A model generated the notes under the pieces. That model was not told the origin of the DNA and did not search any database. It worked only from the letters and a program-made list of their open reading frames with translations. Of a stretch of DNA of 64,000 nt, positions 19,642 through 27,664 are shown in pieces. How positions within the stretch are numbered: position 1 is the first letter of the stretch; each line of letters starts with the position of its first letter. Source of the DNA: an uncultured Candidatus Saccharibacteria bacterium. GTDB lineage: Bacteria; Patescibacteriota; Minisyncoccia; Phycocordibacterales; Phycocordibacteraceae. The position numbers were made by a program, and so were the translations under genes. The DNA lies in NCBI GenBank assembly GCA_964434255.1, contig CAYSUL010000001.1, positions 104,856 to 168,855 on the forward strand, read 5' to 3'.

Positions 19642-20112
19642 TCATAATCCCGAATTCTTGCGAGAGCGTTTTCTATAAAGAAGGCCTGCCTCCTTCGCAC
19701 GATTACTGATAGCTCGGTTGGGCCTACCCTTACCTTTGTTTAAGGCAGCAAACGTGGTGGTAAGTGCATCACAATTCGGACAGAGAAGCCGTAGGTTCCC
19801 TTCAGAATTATTCCTCCAATTACCATCAATATGATCCGCCACGAGCGGCGCCTCTCCTGTTTTTGGGTTCTTTTCCGACCATCCGCACACACAGCATTTA
19901 TTTTCGAACTTCTCACGTAAATACCTTTTGACTGTCTTGTTGACCAAGCCAATACTAGTCAGTCCAGCTACTTCCCCAGATTTCCATCGCTTTATAAATA
20001 TCCTGTTTTGATATACGAACTGACACTTATTGCTGCAATATTTATAAGTGGAACGCGGAGTTTCTCCGCCACAAGCGAGACAGGGCGTCCTCGGCTTCTT
20101 CGGGTTCGGCAT
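19642..20112 (-). CDS. HNH endonuclease with zinc-finger motifs
   Basis: CLAC..YCSNKC, CCVCGW, DHIDGN..NN...NLRLLCPNC; lower GC. Confidence 0.88.
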   Translation of the reverse strand: MPNPKKPRTPCLACGGETPRSTYKYCSNKCQFVYQNRIFIKRWKSGEVAGLTSIGLVNKTVKRYLREKFENKCCVCGWSEKNPKTGEAPLVADHIDGNWRNNSEGNLRLLCPNCDALTTTFAALNKGKGRPNRAISNRAKEAGLLYRKRSRKNSGL

Positions 20113-20153
20113 ACCCCACCTCTATACCAGATAGAGATAATGAAAATATGAAA

Positions 20154-20750
20154 TTACGCGTGCTTCTTCCAGTAGAACAGGCCGATAAGCGTACCGATGA
20201 TGCTTCCGATGAGATTCACGACGAGATCGATCGCGGTGTTGTAGTAGCCGCCAACATCGGTGTCCGGGATGGTGAGCTTCGCTATGAACTCGATTATCTC
20301 GTTCGCGGCGCCGATGCCCATCGCACCGAATATGGTCAGGAGCGCGAGACCGATGGGGTGGAACTTCCCGTCGCGGGCGAGGAAGAAATAGACGGCGAGT
20401 GCCGCGATGATGGAGCCATACGTATGAACTATCTGATCGAACTTGATGAACGTGAGCCCGGTCGGATTATCGAGCGGCATGACCACATAGTTATAGAGGA
20501 CGTCATTCGCCACCTGTATGCCGCCACCGAGTATATGGAGGAGCATCTGGAGCGAGAGCATCCAGAGGAGCCAATCGGGCAGGCACGTCCATTTGAGCGT
20601 GCAGGCGACGAGCGCCAATATGAGGGCAACCGCAGCGATATATCCCAAGAACTCCGTGTTCCCTACCGATATGAAATAGAACACCGCAATGACGATGTAT
20701 GCGAGCGTGAATAGGCCGAGCGCTATCCGGGAGGGGGTGATGATATTCAT
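20154..20750 (-). CDS. DUF2238-like membrane protein
   Basis: LHILGG, FDQIVH, NEIIEF, NT..DL motifs. Confidence 0.7.
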   Translation of the reverse strand: MNIITPSRIALGLFTLAYIVIAVFYFISVGNTEFLGYIAAVALILALVACTLKWTCLPDWLLWMLSLQMLLHILGGGIQVANDVLYNYVVMPLDNPTGLTFIKFDQIVHTYGSIIAALAVYFFLARDGKFHPIGLALLTIFGAMGIGAANEIIEFIAKLTIPDTDVGGYYNTAIDLVVNLIGSIIGTLIGLFYWKKHA

Positions 20751-20814
20751 GCTCTTGCTGTTGAGTCTCCGTAGCTAATACTACTGACCATGAAGAATAG
20801 TTGAATTCGAGTTG

Positions 20815-20886
20815 AGCCGATGGGCAGAATTGAACTGCCGACCTACTCCTTACCATGGAGTTGCTCTACCCCTGAGCTACATCGGC
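20815..20886 (-). tRNA. tRNA-Thr(GGU)
   Basis: GCCGATG/CATCGGC acceptor stem; ACTCC-ATGGTAA-GGAGT anticodon arm. Confidence 0.95.
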
Positions 20887-20982
20887 GATGTCGCCCGAAG
20901 GCGACCTTCGCAGACTACGGCATTTCCGGTACTTTTTCAAACTTCACCATTCCCCCACCACCTCTCCATATACTGGATCAGA

Positions 20983-21711
20983 ATGCGCATAGCCGTGATA
21001 AATCTCCAGTCCGGCATCGGCACCACGAAAGGCTACGGCCAATATGCCACCTCGGGATGGAAATACGTCCTTCCGCACGGAGCGAAGTATGTACGCGAAG
21101 CAGGGGCGCTTGTCGCTGCTGAGGATATCGATATCGCCCTCATTACGGAAGTGGACGACCGAGGCCTTCGTTCAGGCTTCCTTCCTCAGAGCGAAACCCT
21201 CAGTGAATACTCGGGTATTCCGCATACCAGGTTCTTCCCGACCCGTACCATTGCCCCGCTCGTGGTCGAGGGGAACACCATTCTCTCTCGGTATCCGATA
21301 ACCCATACGGAGACGCACCCACTTTCCATCGGGACTATCCCCCGCGTTATGGGAGAGATCATCGTCCATGTCGAGGAGCAACGGGTGCATGTATTCGTTG
21401 CGCACCTGGGCATACGCAACATCGCACGCGCGAAGCAGATACAAGATATCCATCGCATCATTACGGAACGCGACGAGCCCGTCATACTCGGCGGGGACTT
21501 CAATGAACGCGATCACGAAGCGTTCGAGATACTGCGGACTGCGGGCTTCGCGCATATAGTCGCGCTCCCCACCTTCCCGTCATGGAAGCCGGTCCATTCA
21601 CTCTCGGTACTTTTCCTATCGGATCACTTCCACGCTCCGACATCATCCATACCTGACGCCGCTTCTTTCTCGGACCATTTGCCGCTGCTGGCTGAAACTA
21701 GCTTTCGATAG
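20983..21711 (+). CDS. Endonuclease/exonuclease/phosphatase family protein
   Basis: N.Q, TEVD, GNTILSRYPI, HL, GGDFN, SDHLPL motifs. Confidence 0.88.
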   Translation: MRIAVINLQSGIGTTKGYGQYATSGWKYVLPHGAKYVREAGALVAAEDIDIALITEVDDRGLRSGFLPQSETLSEYSGIPHTRFFPTRTIAPLVVEGNTILSRYPITHTETHPLSIGTIPRVMGEIIVHVEEQRVHVFVAHLGIRNIARAKQIQDIHRIITERDEPVILGGDFNERDHEAFEILRTAGFAHIVALPTFPSWKPVHSLSVLFLSDHFHAPTSSIPDAASFSDHLPLLAETSFR

Positions 21712-21725
21712 TAGTTTCTTGCAAA

Positions 21726-21755
21726 CACAAAACCGCCCACATGGACGGTTTTGTG
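21726..21755. terminator. Bidirectional intrinsic terminator
   Basis: CACAAAACCG...CGGTTTTGTG hairpin between the convergent EEP gene and tRNA-Asp. Confidence 0.6.
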
Positions 21756-21760
21756 AAGTG

Positions 21761-22042
21761 CGCGGTCGACCGGACTTGAACCGGCAACCTTCCGCGTGCA
21801 TGCTACCCCCCTACTTTCGTAGGGGCATGGACTATATCTTCACCATAGGTTTCCCCGTAGGTGCTCCGGTATCTAGTCTCTACGGCGCCCCCCTCCGAGT
21901 GAGGGGGTTCCCTCGGTATTCGCATATCCTGGTAGACCAGGACTTAGCATTCACCGATATCCCAGAGAGTTTCAACTTGACTTTCGAACAAGAAGCTGCC
22001 TAATCGACAGGCGGATGCTCTAACCAGTTGAGCTACGACCGC
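21761..22042 (-). tRNA. tRNA-Asp(GUC) split by a group I intron (exons 22007-22042 and 21761-21798)
   Basis: Joined exons give GCGGTCG/CGACCGC acceptor stem, TCCGC-CTGT|CAC-GCGGA anticodon arm, GTTCAAGTCC T-loop, G73. Confidence 0.92.
21799..22006 (-). ncRNA. Group I self-splicing intron (208 nt, no ORF)
   Basis: Follows an exon U and ends in G; P1 CUGU/GCAG with U-G pair; R element GTAGAGACTA and S element GAAGATATAGTCC (P7); P3 CTCTGG/CCGGAG; P9 CCCCTAC-GAAA-GTAGGGG. Confidence 0.92.
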
Positions 22043-22120
22043 ACTATGCTGAATATCAATCCCTTAACCGACTAACGCGCACGAGTCGAATATAGCCTGG
22101 AATCAGACTATAGACAACTC

Positions 22121-22197
22121 TGGTGCCGACGGCAGGGAACGATCCTGCGACCTTAGCTTTATGAGTGCTACGCTCTAACCAACTGAGCTACGTCGGC
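22121..22197 (-). tRNA. tRNA-Met(CAU), probably elongator, with atypical T-loop ATCGTTC
   Basis: GCCGACG/CGTCGGC-A-CCA; anticodon loop CTCATAA; G4-C69 argues against Ile2. Confidence 0.85.
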
Positions 22198-22876
22198 AAT
22201 TCTCGATTTGAGCAATGCGCTCTATATAGGCCAATATCTTGTCTCTAATATCTGTACCCTTTGAGACACGCAATGCCAGAACACCATAATACACATCGCG
22301 GTTCTCGTAAATCTTTTTCCCTCTATCTAGGAAGGTGGTGCGTCGGAATTGACTAATCGGAATATCGAGAGCCTTGCTCCAAAACCGTAGAATGTCTGTC
22401 TCGCGGTCGCGATGCGTGTCGCTTATGAATATCCGTGGCATGAAACGAGACTTCTCCACCTCGAGACATTCCATGAACCAACGACTCATGAGTTGAATGA
22501 CCCGTGGGTCTGAATTTATCAGAGCGAGCGACCCAGAGTTCGATTTAACGCCCTCTCCCCAGTACAAGCCTATCCCGATTAGGAACAGCTCCCTATCCGT
22601 AAGATCAGGCAGAATGTTGATAGCTTCTTCCTGCGCGACTTTCAGACGATTCGATCGCTTCATTCTATTCATCTCAGCCCCAATCATCCGTCCGCGATGG
22701 CCTGCCACTATCTGTTTCGCATGAAGTACCTCCTTTTGCTCCGGTGTTAACTCGATATCTCGAAGCCACAAACTGACCGTGCTGGGAGCGATTTTTATCG
22801 CCCGGCCTATTTCCTTAACGCTCATCCCTTTCCGCCTCAGTTCGATAGCCCTTCGTTTCTCCTCTGGTTTAGCCAT
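22175..22876 (-). CDS. HTH + LAGLIDADG-like domain protein (tRNA-adjacent)
   Basis: N-terminal HTH (AIELRRKGMSVKEI...STVSLWL); GIGLYWGEG.K...NSDP; stop codon lies inside tRNA-Met. Confidence 0.75.
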   Translation of the reverse strand: MAKPEEKRRAIELRRKGMSVKEIGRAIKIAPSTVSLWLRDIELTPEQKEVLHAKQIVAGHRGRMIGAEMNRMKRSNRLKVAQEEAINILPDLTDRELFLIGIGLYWGEGVKSNSGSLALINSDPRVIQLMSRWFMECLEVEKSRFMPRIFISDTHRDRETDILRFWSKALDIPISQFRRTTFLDRGKKIYENRDVYYGVLALRVSKGTDIRDKILAYIERIAQIENCRRSSVG

Positions 22877-23031
22877 ATGTATCGCTATCATTTTCCTGCA
22901 GGCCTCATCATCATTTCCTGGAATTTATATAAAGGAAATCTGGAATAGTAATCGTCTCGCTATGCCCACCACACCTCTTTCCTTCGTCCCATTCGCGAAG
23001 CTCCCTGTTACAATCCACTCAACATAGCCGC

Positions 23032-23700
23032 ATGAGAGTTCTTGTCGTCGAAGATGAGCAGCAGATCGCAGACTTCCTCAAGGAATCCTTCGAGGCGGAG
23101 TATTTCGTAGTCGATGTCGCGAGCGATGGCGAGCGTGGTTCCTATTACGCCCGCACGAACGACTACGACCTCATCGTGCTCGATAACATGCTGCCGAAGA
23201 AGGAGGGTGCGCAGGTGTGCCGAGAGGTCCGCGCAGCCGGCCGCCTCATGCCCATACTCATCGTATCGGTCCGGAGCCATACGCTGGATAAGGTGGAGCT
23301 GCTCGATGCCGGCGCGGACGACTATCTCGCCAAGCCCTTCGCACTTGAGGAGCTTATGGCCCGCTCGCGCGCATTGCTCCGCCGGCCGCAACCGCTCGAG
23401 GGAGATATCCTCCAGATAGAGGACATCGTACTCGATACGAGGTCAGGCATCGTCCGCAAGGGAGAAAGCGACATCCGCCTTACGCGCAAAGAATACATGC
23501 TCCTGCGCTATCTCATGAAGAATCCCGGTATCGTACTTTCGCGCGGCATGATACTCGAGCATGTATGGGACATGGAAGTCGATATCTTCTCCAACACCAT
23601 CGAGTCCCATATCCTCTCGCTTCGGAAGAAGATGGGAAACCGGGGGCGGGATAGCCTTATCCAGACCATTTCCGGAAGAGGCTATCGCATGGGCACCTAA
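23032..23700 (+). CDS. OmpR-family response regulator
   Basis: VVEDE, LDNMLP, GADDYLAKPF, winged helix ending IQTISGRGY. Confidence 0.95.
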   Translation: MRVLVVEDEQQIADFLKESFEAEYFVVDVASDGERGSYYARTNDYDLIVLDNMLPKKEGAQVCREVRAAGRLMPILIVSVRSHTLDKVELLDAGADDYLAKPFALEELMARSRALLRRPQPLEGDILQIEDIVLDTRSGIVRKGESDIRLTRKEYMLLRYLMKNPGIVLSRGMILEHVWDMEVDIFSNTIESHILSLRKKMGNRGRDSLIQTISGRGYRMGT

Positions 23701-23794
23701 AGATTTCTTTATCTTTTCTCCAGGAAAATTTTAACAATGGCTTCGTATCATTCTGGGTAATGACGTATTGCACGACTAGGTAACGATTCAGCGG

Positions 23795-24970
23795 ATGGAG
23801 TCACCTGAAAGGCCGACCGCACTCGGTATCCTTGCTTTCGCTCGTTCTTGGTGGACGGGTTTCTGTTCCATCGTCCAGAACGATGATTACGACCATGCCG
23901 AAATCCTGCATTCACTCAGCGAGATACTCTATACGAACCTCGAGTTCAGCGACCTCATACGCGAGTCTGAGAAAAGCCTTGCGAAGATACTCAGGGCCGA
24001 ATCGGTCACCATCCGATTCTCCGAAGAGCACGGTATCGATACCCCTGATTTCGATGCACTCGCTACCGAACATATCGTGGCGATACCCATCGTCATCGGC
24101 ACGCACACCATCGGTACCATATCGTTCGAGAAGCGGCTTTCCGGAAAGCCGTACAGCGAGAATGACCTCAAACTCCTCAAGACGTTCTCGTACCAGGCAG
24201 CAACCGCCTTCCATCGTGCGCATCTCCATACGAAGACGAAAGAGCACGCGAACGAGCTCGAACGCATTGTCGCTAAGCGTACGCGTGCGCTTCGCAGGGC
24301 GCAGGCGTACGAACGGAGGATGATAGTCGATCTTTCGCACAATCTCCAGACGCCCCTTACCGTCTTCCGAGCGAAGCTCGAACAGCTCAAGTCGCAGGAC
24401 AAGGAAACGGAAGCGCTTGAGCTCGCGCTGAACGAGCTCTCCGGCTTCATTCATGACCTCCTGGCCCTCGCGCGCCTCGATGGTGAGCCCGCACAGGAAC
24501 ATGTTCCCTTCGACGTCTCCCTGCTGCTTCGGGATATCGTGGACGAGGTCGGCATCATTGCTGCGGCCAATGTGCGGATAGAGAGCGATATACCGAGCGG
24601 AATCATGATCTGCGGCGACGACAAGCGATTGCGGGAGGCGGTGCTGAATATCGCGAGTAATTCCCTCAACTATATGCGGGAAGACGGGGATAGGCGGCTT
24701 TCCTTCTCCCTCGGACAGGATGCGGGGACGATCAGAATCGCTATCCGCGATACCGGCATCGGCATACCGCAATCCGAGCTAGCGCGTGTCTTCGATCGCT
24801 TCTATCGAGGCACGAACGTGCCGCTTCCCGTACTTGGGAGCGGACTCGGGCTATCGATAGCCAAGCGCATTAGCGAGCAGCATGGCGGCCGTATCTTCAT
24901 AGAAAGCACGCAGGGCGTCGGCACGAACGTTTCGCTCCACCTTCCTGCTGGGACGGCGCTCCACGTATAG
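23795..24970 (+). CDS. Sensor histidine kinase with GAF-like domain
   Basis: SHNLQTPL H-box, N box, DTGIGI, FDRFYR, GSGLGLSI. Confidence 0.9.
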   Translation: MESPERPTALGILAFARSWWTGFCSIVQNDDYDHAEILHSLSEILYTNLEFSDLIRESEKSLAKILRAESVTIRFSEEHGIDTPDFDALATEHIVAIPIVIGTHTIGTISFEKRLSGKPYSENDLKLLKTFSYQAATAFHRAHLHTKTKEHANELERIVAKRTRALRRAQAYERRMIVDLSHNLQTPLTVFRAKLEQLKSQDKETEALELALNELSGFIHDLLALARLDGEPAQEHVPFDVSLLLRDIVDEVGIIAAANVRIESDIPSGIMICGDDKRLREAVLNIASNSLNYMREDGDRRLSFSLGQDAGTIRIAIRDTGIGIPQSELARVFDRFYRGTNVPLPVLGSGLGLSIAKRISEQHGGRIFIESTQGVGTNVSLHLPAGTALHV

Positions 24971-24980
24971 TCGACAAGCG

Positions 24981-25949
24981 CTAACTCACCGCGAACCGGG
25001 CAAGGTTCACGAACTGGATAGCGAGAAATACCCCATAGAAGAGAAGCAGGGCTACACCTTCTCTACGCGAAAGGATTGAACGAGAACGGGCGAAGAAATA
25101 GAACGCGGTGAATCCTACGAACATAAGGAGTGCGGATGCTACGAACTCGCTGCTCTCGACGACGAATCCCCCTGACAAGAGCGCGAGCATTCCGAAGATG
25201 GGAACGTTCGCAGCAGCGGAGCCCAGATAATCACCGAACGCGATGTCCTTGCGCTTCTCGAGCACAGCACGGACCGCGATGACGATCTCGGGGATATTGG
25301 TCCCCACCGAGAGCAGGATGAGCCCGATAAGCGAAGATGGTACGTCAATAAGGCGCGCGACCTCGACGGTCTGCTCGACGAGGAAATGCGATGCGACGAA
25401 TATCGCTCCGGCGCTCAAGAGTATCTTCCCAGTATCGATGAGGAGACCGCGCTTGCCGCCTGCGGCTTCTGGTATGCATACGTTCGTCTCGGTAGCCTCG
25501 GGGCGGTTCCGTATCGAGTACGCGAGCGCCGCGTACGCCAGGACGGCGAACGCGCCCTCGAGCATGGTCACGCGCCCGTCCGCGAGCAGGAGCACCGGGA
25601 GCAGGACGACTAGGAGAGTGAACGCGAGCATCTCCTTCGAGACCAGTCCCTTGAGCGATATGCCGTTACCGGCGACCGCGAGGAATGGAACGATGAGCAG
25701 GAGGATGACGAACGATGCGCCGACGAGATTGCCGGCGGAGACCCCAGGCACTCCGGCGAGCCCCGCGTTCATGGCGACCGATATCTCGCTAATGGAAGTG
25801 AGGAATCCGAGCAGGAAGAACGCAGTTCCAAACCCCGAGCGGCAGAGCCGCATGGAGATGCGCCCCACGGTATCGAGAAGGACGCCCGCGAAGAACCAGA
25901 CGACCCCTATCGAAAGCAGGAATACAAGGAGATGGGAGACCAGAGACAT
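24981..25949 (-). CDS. Na+/Ca2+ exchanger (CaCA/YrbG-like)
   Basis: Alpha repeats TSISE...GNLVGA and GTNIPE...GDYLGS. Confidence 0.85.
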   Translation of the reverse strand: MSLVSHLLVFLLSIGVVWFFAGVLLDTVGRISMRLCRSGFGTAFFLLGFLTSISEISVAMNAGLAGVPGVSAGNLVGASFVILLLIVPFLAVAGNGISLKGLVSKEMLAFTLLVVLLPVLLLADGRVTMLEGAFAVLAYAALAYSIRNRPEATETNVCIPEAAGGKRGLLIDTGKILLSAGAIFVASHFLVEQTVEVARLIDVPSSLIGLILLSVGTNIPEIVIAVRAVLEKRKDIAFGDYLGSAAANVPIFGMLALLSGGFVVESSEFVASALLMFVGFTAFYFFARSRSILSRREGVALLLFYGVFLAIQFVNLARFAVS

Positions 25950-26013
25950 ATGACCGGAATATTGTACCCCAGGGCAATCGATGCGGTTCCCGAGGGGTTA
26001 GAAACGCGTTCGC

Positions 26014-27237
26014 TTAGTGCCCATGCCCCGGAACGATGACGCCATCGTATATTTCCTTATTCTCTTCCCCCGATACCGTAAGGACTCCCCACGCTCCCTT
26101 CTCCATGCGTGCGAGCGCATGATCGACTAACACATAGTTCCCTGGAACCTGCGTATCGAACTCCACGACCGAGGCGCCGCCCGCAGGAACGATGGTCGTT
26201 TGAACATCGGTATGCGGAATGGAAGTCAATGATGCTTCTGGGAACACCCGATCGAATACTTCTCCGATGACGTGGAAGGACGATACGAGGTTCACGCCGC
26301 CGTTGCCGAAGTAAATGCGCGTGGTTTCGCCAGTGTTCGCCTGCATACGATCCGAGAGCCCGCCGATTTTGCCGTTGAAGACGACGTACGTAGGGTTGCC
26401 ATCAAGCATCGCCTTGGCGTCGAAGAGCTGGAGGCCCTTTCGACCCATGCCCCCGGTCGCATAGTATTCTCCCTGCATTACGTAATATTCGTTATCTACG
26501 GGCGCCAATCCTTCTTCCGGCTCTACGAGGATCAAGCCGTACATGCCATGCGTCATGTGGTTCGCGACGTTCGGCGTCGCGCAATGGTAGACGAACAGTC
26601 CGGGATGAAGCGCCTTGAAGGTGACGGTGGCTGATTCCCCCGGCGCGACCATAGTGGACACTGCTCCACCACCAGGACCCGTGACCGCATGCAAGTCGAT
26701 ATTGTGGTGGTGCAAGCTGGTCGGATCGTTATGGAGCGTAAGCTCGACCGTGTCGCCCTCGCGAACGCGGAGCATCGGTCCCGGGATCTTCCCATCAAAG
26801 GTCCAGTAGTTAACGAATACCCCTGGCGCCATCTCAGCGATGACTTCTTTTGCGGTTAGTTCTACTTTCACGCGTTCGGATACCGTCCGCTCGATTGGTG
26901 GCGGGACTTCGTTCGGGTCGCGAGCGATATCATCCACACGTTCGATCTCATCGAAATGAGTGAGCAATCCCCACACATTCGACAGCGGGAGTACCGGCCC
27001 TTCTGCCGGCCCGTACGTAATGAGAGAAAGTGGGTACTCGAGATTCCGCGGCAACCCATTGGGTACATAGAACACGATCGAAACGGCGAGGAACACGACG
27101 ACGAGCGCAATGCGCATCGAATACCACCGTAGGTGCCGCAACGAGAGATAGATGAAGATGCCAGCGAAGATGAAGGCGATGAACAATCCAGCAGCTTGGA
27201 CGAAGTACGACCAGGTGTACGAGAGCAATTGCAGCAT
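26014..27237 (-). CDS. nirK: Copper-containing nitrite reductase
   Basis: HNIDLHAVTGPGGG, YHCA...HMTHGMYG, SSFHVIGE, LVDH motifs; N-terminal TM extension. Confidence 0.93.
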   Translation of the reverse strand: MLQLLSYTWSYFVQAAGLFIAFIFAGIFIYLSLRHLRWYSMRIALVVVFLAVSIVFYVPNGLPRNLEYPLSLITYGPAEGPVLPLSNVWGLLTHFDEIERVDDIARDPNEVPPPIERTVSERVKVELTAKEVIAEMAPGVFVNYWTFDGKIPGPMLRVREGDTVELTLHNDPTSLHHHNIDLHAVTGPGGGAVSTMVAPGESATVTFKALHPGLFVYHCATPNVANHMTHGMYGLILVEPEEGLAPVDNEYYVMQGEYYATGGMGRKGLQLFDAKAMLDGNPTYVVFNGKIGGLSDRMQANTGETTRIYFGNGGVNLVSSFHVIGEVFDRVFPEASLTSIPHTDVQTTIVPAGGASVVEFDTQVPGNYVLVDHALARMEKGAWGVLTVSGEENKEIYDGVIVPGHGH

Positions 27238-27246
27238 AAATAGGAT

Positions 27247-27600
27247 TTAGAAAGGGATTTTACATTCGTCGAAGCAATGCGCGCTCCGGTTAAGGCGATA
27301 GACCCGCTCGCGCCCCTGGTCGGTGCTCTCGACGGCATCGACGGAACGCAACGCATTGAGGTGATGGGTCACGGTCGGCTGGGCAAGCTTAAGTTTTTTG
27401 GTAAGCGCCGAGACGGTCATTCCATTCGCTTCCTTCCCCAGGAGGCACACGAGCGTATACCGGCTCTTCGAACCGACCACCTTAAAGCAGTCCGGGCAAA
27501 GCTCCTCTTCCGAGGTAACCGATTTCTTAACCCATGCAGGCCTCTTATACGTGCGCTCGCTTGCCGGCTTCTTCGTTGTCCCCACCTTTTTTTGATTCAT
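27247..27600 (-). CDS. ArsR/SmtB family regulator with Cys motifs
   Basis: LAQPTVTHHL HTH, GRERVYRL wing; CPDC and HCFDEC. Confidence 0.85.
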   Translation of the reverse strand: MNQKKVGTTKKPASERTYKRPAWVKKSVTSEEELCPDCFKVVGSKSRYTLVCLLGKEANGMTVSALTKKLKLAQPTVTHHLNALRSVDAVESTDQGRERVYRLNRSAHCFDECKIPF

Positions 27601-27614
27601 AGATGACCATCTAT
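27599..27614. promoter_or_regulatory. Putative ArsR operator in the divergent arsR/nrdJ gap
   Basis: Inverted repeat ATAGATG-AC-CATCTAT overlapping the ArsR start codon. Confidence 0.5.
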
Positions 27615-27664
27615 TGATACACTGATAAACCCATAGACGCTTATCAATATATCACCTTACTTTT

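Noticed and set aside
22121-22197. Assignment as lysidine tRNA-Ile2(CAU)
   Set aside because: G4-C69 acceptor stem is Met-like, and a separate tRNA-Ile(UAU) is present.
27601-27664. Cobalamin riboswitch upstream of nrdJ
   Set aside because: The gap is only 64 nt and has no B12-box-like sequence.
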